Made by a program: the position numbers and the translations under genes
Assembly: GCA_040954595.2 (NCBI GenBank)
Contig: CM082592.2
Location: forward strand, 4,418,735 to 4,482,734
Source of the DNA: Balanoglossus misakiensis
Taxonomy: Eukaryota > Animalia > Hemichordata
Length of the DNA: 64,000 nt
Direction of reading: 5' to 3'
Shown: positions 11,001 to 22,202 of the stretch, piece after piece
How the letters are laid out: every line of letters begins with the position of its first letter
Numbering within the stretch: the first letter of the stretch is position 1
The notes under the pieces: generated by a model
What the model was told of the DNA's origin: nothing
The model's database searches: none
What the model saw: only the letters and a program-made list of their open reading frames with translations

Positions 11001-13326
11001 AAATGCCTCCCTTACAAATTAGAAGATAAATTTACAAATATCACTGAATATTTTTAATATGAGAAATGTTCACTTACCGTTTCGGTTATTTCTTTGATTT
11101 GTTTGTCATGTTTGGATTTGAGTTCACTGATCTCGCTGTCCTTCTTTTTCAAAAGTTGTAAGGCATCTTTCAGTTCCTTTTTGGTTTTCTCATGGCTCTC
11201 TTTCTCGTCTTCATAAAGTTTTTTATACTTTTGTTCCTACGGGGGAAAAAATCAGTGAATTATACGAGAGAAACAAGAAAGTAAGATCTAAGAGGAATCA
11301 TAACAATTGCCATCAATTAAATAAATGTTTCATTTTATTTCAAGTGTTTGAGAAAATCTTGAAATATATCAGAACCCTGAAATAGGTTATTTGATTGATA
11401 GTTTTTAAAACAACACCTTGGATTTTATTTGGTGTGCAATGAACATGATACTCCCCAGATGTCCATAATAAAAAAAATTATATCACACAATGTTGGCGCA
11501 GGAAATTGAAATTTTTACCCTGAGGGTCCAGGATAGCAGTGACTTTATTTCCATGGTAACATTTCACTTTTGCGCTAAAAATTTGTGTATGTACAATACA
11601 TGTGTATGATATTGTCAGATAAAGCAAGTTCAATTTTAATTTGAAAATTTGAAAAATTCTGTAGTCTAAATCAGGACAATTAGATTTAATTGGCTTTTCA
11701 AACTCTTTTAATGAAGATAAAACTCATTAGTAAAGGCATATTTTATTCAAATGTTTAATGAGCCCATTAGTATTGCAGAAAATGTTTAACTTACAATTTA
11801 CAAACTTTTCTCCCAAAACGTTTACAGTCCATACTATCATGTGACACACAGTTGCAACTTACCACTTCTTGTAGTTTCAACTGAAGGTTGTCAATTTCTT
11901 CTTGTTTGGATTTCACTTCTGCTTTCAGTTGATCCACAAGCTTCTGTAGTGAAGCTATCTTATTTTTGTACTGTTTTTCTTTAGCCTGCACGAAAGGAGA
12001 ATGTTTCAGTCAGTGTTTCCATACAAAAATAGCCCAATTCATCACTTTGAGCCAGCTTTCATTCATTCTTTCATTAGTAGAATACACACTCCTCGTAATA
12101 ACAACTCATGATTTGCATATGTCATGTATTTATACACATTATTATTTGTGAGAATATATGAAGGAAATTCAAACTATAACATGCCACTCTTGTTTATCGG
12201 CTGTTTGTCATTTTGAAAAAAAATCTTCACCCGTTTATTGGAGTGGGATTAGGTTTTGTTGACAACCATGACTTTCATTTGTTTGTGAGTGGAATTTCTT
12301 ATCTCTGTACAATTTTAAGAGCAAGCATGATTGCCACTCGGTGTTACTGTATCAAGATCACAGGATAAAACGCATATCTTGGCAACGGACTTGAACAGGT
12401 CTGAACACATTAACTGACAAATCATGACAGGTTGGTTGTTTTTATTAAAGGGACAAAGTCTCTCTCTCGCTGCTCTTTTTCCATTACATGTAATTAGGTT
12501 TGATACAAGACACCGTTTATGTTGTTCTACATGTGGATATATAGTGAATCAACGTTCGACCACACACAACTTCCATCCTGTTTGTAGGATATGAGAGTAA
12601 AAATCTCGCCAAAATGAATAATGGTAGAGACCGGTTATTCATTTGAGCGAGTTATTCACTCTCGTGTCTACAAGTGGGATGGAAGTTGCGTGTGGTCGAC
12701 TGTTGATTCATGAGAGAAATGGGTAATTTGTCACCTATGAACTCACTGCGTTAAGATTTCATGTTCGGATTAATAAAGCCAGTTGTTTTACAACCAAGTG
12801 TGGATTTTTGAAAGTTTGTAGGGCATTTCCGTCACCGTAGAATGTTGTCAGTGAAAGGGTCAGTCACGTAAAGCTAATAAAAGTAGAAGCCACTCAAGTG
12901 AAAATATATGGCACTTTATTGTTGTTGCATGTTTACCTGTAAATCTTTAATCTCTTCGGACCTTGCATGGTCTGACCTCGCGGTCAAGGATCGAGTTGGA
13001 CTGGCGTTTCCCTCCGGCGTCTCCGTCTCAATGCCGGTGATCTGCAACGCGCCTTGAAGTTCGTTGTAATTTTTGATCGACCTGCTGTCGGGCAGCGACC
13101 GCCTTGACAACGGTGGGAATTTCGTCTGAGCACCGGCGGCAACACTGTTAATCGTCCTGGGCGATCCCAGTCGCCTTGCCTTGTAGGCAGCACCTGAGTT
13201 CTTTTGCGTCGCCATCCTCGGCAGTTTCGGGTTCCTGTCCTTAGATCCGACTGAAACGGCCCAATCACTGGCTCCAGTGCCGATAGTTACCGAATAACCA
13301 TGGTTACGAGATGCTTTGGAGGTCAT
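8039..13326 (-). CDS. Uncharacterised coiled-coil protein (~361 aa), weak SPATA24-like resemblance
   Basis: Phase-consistent exons 13326-12937, 11985-11863, 11236-11078, 10121-10006, 9701-9608 (alternative in-frame donor at 9599), 9090-8959, 8110-8039. A disordered N-terminus is followed by long heptad-rich helices (EQKYKKLYEDEKESHEKTKKEL...DNSWERQQQLEELSKEL...DNCQNCQALIKQVEEK...LCKKFELQLTQQDKLLKQWADSKG). Confidence 0.85.
8570..8917 (+). mobile_element. Kolobok-like non-autonomous DNA transposon (TTAA/GGTAG termini)
   Basis: taaggtagaatgcacct...aggtgcatactatcttaa inverted ends. The internal sequence (ccattttgaa, ttttgcacagtgacccc, ttttaagagagaataatc) is shared with 36442-36714. Confidence 0.75.
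9283..9493 (+). mobile_element. MITE with 27-bp inverted termini including flanking TA (Tc1/mariner-type target)
   Basis: tactgtaaaacactttattttcgcgag ... ctcgcgaaaataaagtgttttacagta, with internal cgcgaaa repeats. A second copy lies inverted at 28487-28698. Confidence 0.88.
12445..12710 (+). mobile_element. Truncated copy of the palindromic Kolobok-like MITE
   Basis: Begins ttaaagggacaaagtctctctctc and follows the 57995-58350 element through its centre; the right end is missing. Confidence 0.8.
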
Positions 13327-14301
13327 TCAACTTCAGACGAGTAAAAAAAGAACGGTTTATGTCGTCTGTGCTGTCCTCATCTTCATAGAAAACTTAACCG
13401 ACGGACGGATTTGACCCTGGGGCGTGATTATCGGTTGTTGGTGACTGTTCAAAAGACAAGCAAAACAAGCAAACTTTTTAGCAAGAAAAGATATTACCGT
13501 AACAATGGTTAAGGTGTTAACGTGACGCATTACAAATGTTGTTGTTCAAAAACAAATGTGAGTTTGTTGAATGCTGAAGACAACAAACTTTTAGAGCTGA
13601 ATTTCAAATCTTGCAATTATAAATAAAGTTTCACTGGTATATGAGAGGCTGCCATTTGTGGTCACTATTCTAGCATTCCAAGTTTGTTGGTAAATGTGTG
13701 TGGAGTGACTGTGATTAGGATCTGTCATTTATCAGATACATGTCAATGTATAAATCACATGCAACGCACACACCAAATCTCTATCAATTCAGGCCCAAGT
13801 TATATAATACATACATGTTTATACTAAATTATACATGTACTACTAATTAATCCTTGGGCAAGTTGTGGGTACTGGTAGTCAGGTACATGTTAGCTCCGCG
13901 TGGCAGGGCTGTGTGTCTTACATACGGCGATGCCTGGTCATACTGGTGCACTGTTTAGATGCTGCATGATCTCGTACTCCATAGACGATGTATGGACACA
14001 ACACGTTGCTCGCAATCTCTGAATCTCCAATGAATGCTTGTTCTAATAGTTGCTACGTTTGTAAGAGATTGCGCCTCTGATAGTTTTCGTCAGTCAAGAC
14101 ATATTTAAGTTAAATAATGTCGATAGCGTAGTTTTGTATTTATACGATCCGTTGGAGCGAAGCCACTAGATATCATGACGCATTCAGCTGGCTGTGTTCA
14201 ATAATCAAAACATACAAGTGTACGATCATACACAACGCTCGTTACCACACGTCGTTCGTGTACATACGAAATCTGCTCGCCAGTTTCTTTAGACATCTTA
14301 C

Positions 14302-14435
14302 CTTATGGACGAATGCTGTATGGGCAGTGTGTCAGCGAACTTCACTGAACACTTGAAACGACCGATGCCTTCGTATCGGTTACCCAACTACTACACGTAT
14401 TATGCTACATGTAGGAAGCCATTTTGGCGTCCATC
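14302..14435 (-). other. Probable non-coding first exon of the coiled-coil gene
   Basis: Strong donor AAG|GTAAGA after 14302. A matching acceptor (ttttttactcgtctgaag) opens the next exon at 13330, 4 nt before the ATG. The 5' boundary is approximate. Confidence 0.55.
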
Positions 14436-14535
14436 TGTAACTACGGAAGCGATCGTATTTACATAGGTACAACGTGTGACATAACAACGACGCTCATTGG
14501 ACAATTTTCGTCAATGCCATTATCTGATTGGTTCA
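14436..14535 (-). promoter_or_regulatory. Putative promoter of the coiled-coil gene
   Basis: Two CCAAT boxes (ATTGG on + at ~14496 and ~14527, ~30 bp apart) and degenerate X-box-like sequences (gtaactacggaagc, gtgacataacaac); locally CpG-rich. Confidence 0.45.
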
Positions 14536-14943
14536 AAGGAAATAGAAGGCAATCAAAGTCGAGGTCTTTTCCCCAGACCGACTAGGCCTCTCAAAGTTGT
14601 CAGACTGTTTCTACGGGGAAATTTACATCAGAAATAGACACATGAAACCATGACACCAGGATGGCCTGCTTAGCGAATATGACGACTGATATTTGCGCAC
14701 GTCTGCATTACTACAGCTTTTGAGAGTTTTGTGTGATACTGGTAGGCAGGCGAAAACATGAAGCGAAAGGGCGCATCTCCCTCTAGTGTTACTTCTAGTG
14801 GTAACTTTTGTTTTTATCAGGGCCTCTGTATTACACAGAAACATGCAAAACAGACATTAATGTTGCATTTCTGTGAATAATTGACGTTTATACATTTACT
14901 TCTAGGATCATTTGTTTGTTCTCACCGCAAATGTTATTTTAGA

Positions 14944-15005
14944 AATAGAGGTCCAACTTTACCATAGAAAACAATTTGGACCAACCATCAGTTTGAATGG
15001 GTTAA
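14944..15005 (-). mobile_element. Fragment of the ~90-bp TTAA/CCC MITE
   Basis: tagaggtccaactttaccatagaaaacaat...gaatgggttaa is the reverse complement of the core of the 46381 and 7105 copies. Confidence 0.6.
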
Positions 15006-15610
15006 ATTACAAGCCAGTACATCAGTGAAATCTTCTGGTGTCTTTATTTATCATGAGATCATTACACATCACTTGTAATGTCAAAAATACAAAAAATGAA
15101 ATAAAAATGTAAATATATATTGATTGACTCAATGAAAATCAAACTTAATTTTTCATTGCCATGTGTGTAAACTGTTTCCAAACCTGTAGTTGCAGTTCAA
15201 GAAAGCAAAAGCATATTTCTAATAGGTAAAAGACGTTTTCACGTGTATATCTTAAATCAGTTTATATGTATGGACTACCTCAAAGCCTCAACATATAAAC
15301 CCCAACAAGCTAAGCCTTGTGTCCCATGACTTATAAAACATGTAGCATAAGAGCCTTGTAGTACATGCATGACCAAAATGTTTTTCTGTTATGCCAAATG
15401 TTTTGTGGTTACATGTATATGGCTGTATATTCATCAAAACATCACAATATGATATCTATGTTCAAAGCTGAATTTAGCCATTTGATGGTCTTTACATCAT
15501 GGATCTACACCCCAGTAAAGAGGAAGTTAATAGAGATATTTAACTTTAATAACAAAGCCAATCTACAGTCCAGTTGAGTCTTTCATAAACTTCAACCACA
15601 CTGCTTCACA

Positions 15611-18526
15611 TCATCGTTTCTCTGGACATCTATCCTTGTTTGTGAGACCATTTCTTTCCTCGGCGCCACATTTACGTCTGGAAAGTCTCTCCCTTCTCAG
15701 TAGGTAGAAGTATTTCAGTCTGTGCCAAATTCCAAGACACATTGTTATCAGTCTGTCATCACGGCCGTAGACAGCGCTCGTTGCAAACTCGTACTGTTTT
15801 CTGAAACAGAAATACATGTACAAACACCGAAATCAGTTGTTATTTTTGTACCGATGCTTCACAGATGGTCTAGATATCATATATGCAACGTTTTTATATG
15901 AAACAAAGGAAAAAGAGGATAAAACCCCAGATTGTATAATGTACAAAAACCACTTCGGTATGGACACATTTCTGGTTGAAACATCAATGACTGTAATAAA
16001 TGCATGCATTTTTCCCTGAACACTGTGCATTCATTGCATCTTGACATTTGCTCTTTCTGTACCCTGAACTGATACAAAATGCAAGCATGTGTGGGAAAGC
16101 CAGACATATAATCGTCAGAGTGTTTGTGTTCAGACATCCTCGTCTGGCTGACACAACACATCCCGACAGAACAGACCCTGGGGGCGCTCATCCATCAAGA
16201 TGGTTGATAAGACGAACGTGTCACTGTGTGAGTGAAAGGTGTGCAGACCTCGAAGAAGCTCTCCTGTAGCATTTCATTCTGTGATTCGCACACACCTAAG
16301 TACAGATCTCTTCCAACTCTCTGAAAGTCGCATCACAGTATTCAGTAATACCGATCCAAAGTTTCTTGTTTGTGGCGCCAAACCAAACATGCACCCTCTG
16401 TGGAGGTGCCTACCCTTGTTGTGACACGAAATTTTGAATGGCTGATGCACGGAAGAATGCACACAGCCGCAGGGCGAACAACTGGTTTCAAAAATCAAAG
16501 GGGTGGATAAGACTAGTGTACAATGGGTTCCGTTCATAATTTATCATACTCGAGTCATGTTTTTTTAGCATGGACTGGATCTCTACAACATCTTTCTGTC
16601 ATCCTTCCCGGTCACTGTAGCATATTTGCCCAAAAGCATATCAACCATTTTGCACAGATCTATGACAAATGGCAATCCTAGCTTCAGAGTAGACAGAGCA
16701 AAGGGCAACGTATAGCAGGCATATGTGACAGAATTTTTTTTTAACCACCTGTTGAGTGTGCCTCTCGTATGGCCATAGAGGGCAGTATTTGTGAATCTGT
16801 GCAACGTCAGTTGTAGAGGGCAGCATTTACAACTATACATACCTGATGATTATCTTTGCTTGTCTGAGGTATCCTCTTTGCATAAGACTCTGTGCAAGAA
16901 ACAGCTTACATCTGGACTCTAGAAGGGGTTCACCGAGGGACCAAGCTAGGTAAAGCTGTTGAAGTGATATTTTTCCTGCTCTGGAGGACTTGATATTGTG
17001 AAAAAATAAAATAAATAGACATTGGTATATAAGCAGTGTTTGAGTATCGCAGGCTCTTGGTTTTGTGTTACATCACAGAAAGTCTCCCTGTTGACATTCA
17101 AATATTTTACAAGAGTCTGATATGTATTAACACCTATTTTTATTTACGTCAAGCAGATGTGGCTATACAACAGTATCAATACAGATGTAATGCGACTGTT
17201 TCCTTTGATAAAGTTCAGGCTCTTCAAACTGTAGCTCGCTTGCACTTTTGTAAGTTTCCCAACTCCATCCATAGGAAGTGTGACAAAAACACCCAAAGAC
17301 ACAAGTGTAGTGACTGTTAGACCACTTTCACTGCCAAATGGACCAAATGTGTTCAACATCTGCACACAAGTTCCCTTCGCCCCACAGCCACAAACACTAA
17401 TGATGAAGTGATTCTAGGAGAGTCACCCCCTGGACAGACACTAGACCCTATCTTCCTCCCTCACCCTGATTGTCTGTGTTGTAAATGTAAAATGCAACAT
17501 ATTAAATGAGAAAGCCATGCTTACACAGTGGGCATAACTGTCCCCGAGTGATGAGTACGCTCCTCCAAGTGTAGACAACCATGAAAACACATCTTCCAAA
17601 TGAATTCTGATGTTGACTTGTGGCACCATGCGCTTGGACCTAGAATGAGTTGGGAAGCAATTAGCAAAAAATGTTGCTTTAATTAATAAAAGTTGGTAAT
17701 TTTGAAATGTGAGTGACCATGACTACTACTGTCCAATGATCAGTTTTATAATTAGACTTATCATCCCGAACTTACCAAGATATATCTTGTCCTATTTGGA
17801 ATAAATTGACATTGACATCTTTGTTCAAAAGGATGGCTATTGACAGACTGTTGCAAGACATAATTCCAACATTTTTACTTATTTGAACCTCCATTACAGT
17901 CTGCTTTGCAATGGCTGCTGTTACTGTTTCCCACACACTACTTAGGTATATCCTGAAATTGCTTCGGAATGTTTGTGAGCTGATCAACTGAGCAATGAGG
18001 CACACAGCCAACAGATAGTCCATCTTCAGTGTAACATCGGCATTTTTATTTCGGCACTGGCTTTCCTCAAAATGTTCACTTGGGTAGGAATCAGCTCCTG
18101 TAAATTGTTTTCCATCATGTTCATGTGCCGTGCTATTTGCATCACCCAAGGGTTTCATTTCCTGCAGAAGGACAGCATCTCTTTGCAAAATGATGTAGAA
18201 CGATGACTCGTTTCTAATAAACTCCATAGTTGCTTCCTTAACCGTCAACTGTTCTTCAAATGAGAGGCATTCCACTTTGCGAAAATATGGGGGATGCAGG
18301 AAGGACGAGTGACGTTGCTATGCCAACAGTCAATTTACACACGCACGGTAAAATGGTCGTGACTGATATGGTACAGTTTATGCAGACATGACAGGTTCAC
18401 TCGTATTAGCAATGTCGGGTCGGACAGTGCGCTCTATAAACTCCGTTCGGTTCCAATTATACTATTATTCTCTTAAAAGGAGAATTTGTTTTGCAAACGG
18501 TTACTTGAAAGCAAAACACTTGCCAT
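15611..18526 (-). CDS. DUF4807 family protein (C. elegans F58A4.6-like), ~323 aa
   Basis: Exons 18526-18505 (uncertain), 18274-17776, 17639-17525, 16988-16843, 15800-15611, all phase-consistent. The C-terminal motifs SWLSTLGGAYSSLGD, AGKISLQQL, LGEPLLESRCKLFLAQSLMQRG and DDRLITMCLGIWHRLKY are characteristic of the family as I recall it. Confidence 0.85.
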
Positions 18527-18529
18527 ATA

Positions 18530-18825
18530 CATCCCATCTGAACGCATTCGATGTTCATTTCAGCTGGTACGTCTGCGCACATGATAAGTTTCACCGGCCG
18601 CAACGATCAAAGGTCAAGGGTCATCCTCGTTCGAGAAATCTTAAATGACGAAGTTGATTCTTATGCCATTCGTCGCTTACATTTTTCGCCACCCCAGATA
18701 CATTATTGAAATATTGTCCTAAGATAGCTAAATAAATTCGCATTTTGTATTTAAGAAATTATAATACTCTTGCGCGTTATGATACACTTTTCGTATACGA
18801 GGACGCACAGGTCACAAGTTGAAAA
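18530..18825. promoter_or_regulatory. Bidirectional promoter shared by the DUF4807 gene (-) and CENPJ (+)
   Basis: About 300 bp, CpG-rich, between divergent first exons. Contains tandem nuclear-receptor half-sites (tcaaaggtcaagggtca, ~18607) and is followed by YY1-like AAAATGGCGG. Confidence 0.6.
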
Positions 18826-18839
18826 ATGGCGGGGGCAAG
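18790..18839 (+). other. Probable 5'-leader first exon of CENPJ
   Basis: gaaaaATGGCGGGGGCAAG|GTGAGT consensus donor at 18840; the next strong acceptor is ttttctatttcacag at 22086. The 5' boundary is approximate. Confidence 0.6.
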
Positions 18840-21800
18840 GTGAGTGTTTACACAGCAAATTCTATGCAGATTTTTGAATTCCAATTGACCAGGTAGATCG
18901 GGCTATCTGTAGTTACATCTCAGCTGTAATCGTTGGATATCGTGTTTGTTTCCCCAGATCGTGTCGTTTTCCCGTTAAAACTTAGGATTTACCGGATGAT
19001 CAACGGTGTCGGTCACTTCACTTGGGTGTAACTTTTTTGAGCGAGAACTGGGACAGCGGCCCAAGCAACGGCACAAAGTGACTGAGAGGCCCAGGTGCAT
19101 GCACTGCAGTGATTTTCTGTGAGGGGTAGCGAACGCTAGCTTTTGTGCGACATTGCGAAGGACACCGTCGGCGTTTTGTTCAGGTAGGTGGTTGCTCCGT
19201 CAAGTTTGTTTAGAAGCCACACAACTGCCATGCACAGGTTTTGTGTCTGCCTGAAATCGTGTGTGCTCTATCTGCTGTGATTTTCAGAAACTACGTGCAA
19301 GACGTTTTGGTTCAGAGCTTCACCACTACCACGCGGTAGTGTATTGTCATCGCGTAACTGACCCGCCGCATTGAAGTAAGCTGATCACGTTGTCACCTTT
19401 CGTCCAGTGCGCTGTCACTGTAAATTTGTAGTAGCAGCGACCTAAAAAAAATATGAAAGTTTGACAATGAAGCAGAACCACTTTCGACAACTGAGGGACA
19501 CTCCGCAAGACAGGCGTGTCGATTTCCAAGCTAGTGTTTTATTTCTGATGTTATCCTCGATGGTTTGTTTTTGGGAAACAATAGTTTTTAATCATGGAGA
19601 CGTTATAAAATTCAGTCAAAGTCACACGCATAACTTCTCGGTTCTCCGTTCCATGCCATGCGAAATGGGCTGGACACATCAGAAACGAGAAGGTACCTTG
19701 GTCTCACAAAACTAAAGTTATATCTAGAATGGTTTGGTTTAGGGGACAAGCTGGTCAACATACACATAAGTAAACTCTGCCAGTTTTGACCAGCGTTGTT
19801 TGATGACAGTTAGCAACTGTGAGGGGAGAGGGGTAGTAAGGTGATCTGTAGGGGGGGGGCAAAGGAGGTATTCCCGCAACTTGCTCTCTCGGCTTTCTGG
19901 TTTGAAGAGTATATAAACAATAATGACATCGATCAAATTTACAAATCTGCCAAAAGAAATAGTGAGTGAACTTTGAAGCCACGAGAGTTGAATACGGTTC
20001 AGTTTCACCACTTTTGGTAGACCACTTGCATTCAGTCAAACCTGTCATACCAAAGTCCCATTGGAAAATGAACCATGACGCTGTTTTATTTTTTTATGTT
20101 CTCTACACATGTCTGTGTCTGAATCTACTGCACATGGCTTGCTCAGTACATAAGATCCAGTCTGTTCTGTGTTCTGCCCTACTTTGTTTGTTGCTTTAGG
20201 CAATAAAAATGTTTGGTTGGGCTGAAAAATTTTGTTGTCTGACTGTGCTTTACTTAAAAAGAGAGATGTGTGAATTTATCTCCTGTGTATCAGTAAGTTA
20301 ATTCTCTTCAACCTGAAAGAAAAATAAAACAGCCCCTGGTCCTGAACAGCTTTTAGAACGTCACTATACATTACTTAGCCACAGTGTGTTTGAAACCCCC
20401 GTGGTGGAGTCAGTCACTTCGATTTAGTGTGACGCTGTTTGTTGCTGACTGTGGTGGCATGTTTTTGGTCAACAAGCGTGTGTACCTTGCACAGAAGTGA
20501 ACCTGGATCCCTGGCTATTTAGGTCAACTCTCTGCGACAAATCACCAATGACAGTAGTATTGGCCTCCAGGTACTACTACTGCCCAGTGTACTTTTTTTT
20601 CTCATTCTCTTTCACACGTCATTCAACGAGTTTGTAGTGGCTTTCAGTCACTGGGGCATTGTTCTTTTCAATTTGCTTAGGCTTCTTTTGCATAGAGTTG
20701 TCATATGACTTGACAGGGACCTGATTGCATGAATTAACACTTGGTCCCTACTGTGCATGTGAGAAAAAACACCTCCTGTGCAGTATGTAAAAACATCAAA
20801 ATCGTTCACAGTTTCCCTCAAACAGCTCTGTATGTTAATTATCCTGCTTTTGCTCTTAGCTTTACCTGCATAGTTTAGCGTCCAGTGTGAAGTATGTGTT
20901 TCAAACGAAAACAGAAATTAAAATTGTAAAAGTAATTGCATGGCTCTACATGTTCAACTGCAGCAGGGTTGTAAAACTGATTTTTGCGATTGCCAACTTA
21001 ACACGTTAGTGCAGTTTCTAGAGGCAACCTGGAAGTATAGTATACTAGTATTTCTCCCATATAATCAATAACGTGTGTATATCGTGTATCAGATAACAAG
21101 AAAAACTCACTGAGTTATCAGATAAGATTACTGAATCACTGCAGGCGTTCTGTTGACATAAAGATTTGCACAGGCAGTATACAACCACCTGTTAGCAGGG
21201 TGGAGGATCGTCTTGATCATGTAGATTTTACTATGCATTTTGGCGGATTTTTTTTTCTGTACAAACTTACCGTAAATTTGTACCCCAATGGACAAGCATT
21301 GGTTGTTACATCTAACAACAGGTCAGACATCCACTTGATAACTTCATGTGGCGTCAGTGTACTAATTCATACGGCAATGTTGTGATGGGAATGAAGATTT
21401 CTGGTATTGGTAACGTTTTATTTCGCATTGTCAACTTTTACAAGTTTTAGGCCTTGGTTAACTGTTCAAAATTTGCAGAGCTGTGTGGATGGGGTTATTG
21501 CTAATAAAATCAGTCTTGTGCGACATATTCGAAACGTTCGGTGCCCGGTCATTCTCCTGCAAATTACCCGATGGACAATTATCACCTGCGATGTTCCATC
21601 GCGACTGGGATTCCCACTTTAAGCTGGGGCATGCAGCTGATTTGCTTTTGTGCCAATTGAGTGTTTGATAAGCATGAATTATTGCCCTGGCGGCCATAAT
21701 TAATGGTACATCATTCACCCAATTTAGATTCCACTACATAGTTAGTGGACTCTAGTACACGTTAGAATAGTTTACTCCAGTGTTGATGCCCAAGGACCAT

Positions 21801-22202
21801 ATCAACGTATACATGTGTACACTCCAAGTTGTGCAAAATAAATAATACGGTGTGGTACTGGAACATGATGTTGCCCCTTATATGAAAAACATCCACAATT
21901 GTTTCATACGAAACTACATGTAATTTTACTCTGAATATTTTATTATCAAACACATGCCCTGATTTTAGTAATAATTAAACATGTACCATTTAGTACAAAA
22001 ATGTTTGTCTAAGATGAATGTGTGTGCAGTTGTGGCCGCCTTATACCGTACATGTACTTATCCTTTGTGTATTTTCTATTTCACAGGGTTTTAGCTGTAT
22101 AAGGATATGTTTGTGTAGCAGATACACGGAAATCAGTTTGGGGGATTGGAACATCAGATAAAGCCAGGATATGGCTGATAGGATTTACTGTCTGTGAAGA
22201 AA

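Noticed and set aside
8039-13326. Naming the coiled-coil gene SPATA24 or a numbered CCDC
   Set aside because: Only short motif resemblance within low-complexity coiled coil; this cannot be supported without a search.
15816-16840. Several 60-100 aa ORFs in the DUF4807 intron
   Set aside because: No coherent splice signals, phase fit or recognisable homology.
17395-17450. ATGATGA as a C/D snoRNA C-box
   Set aside because: It is antisense to the host intron, with no convincing D-box or terminal stem.
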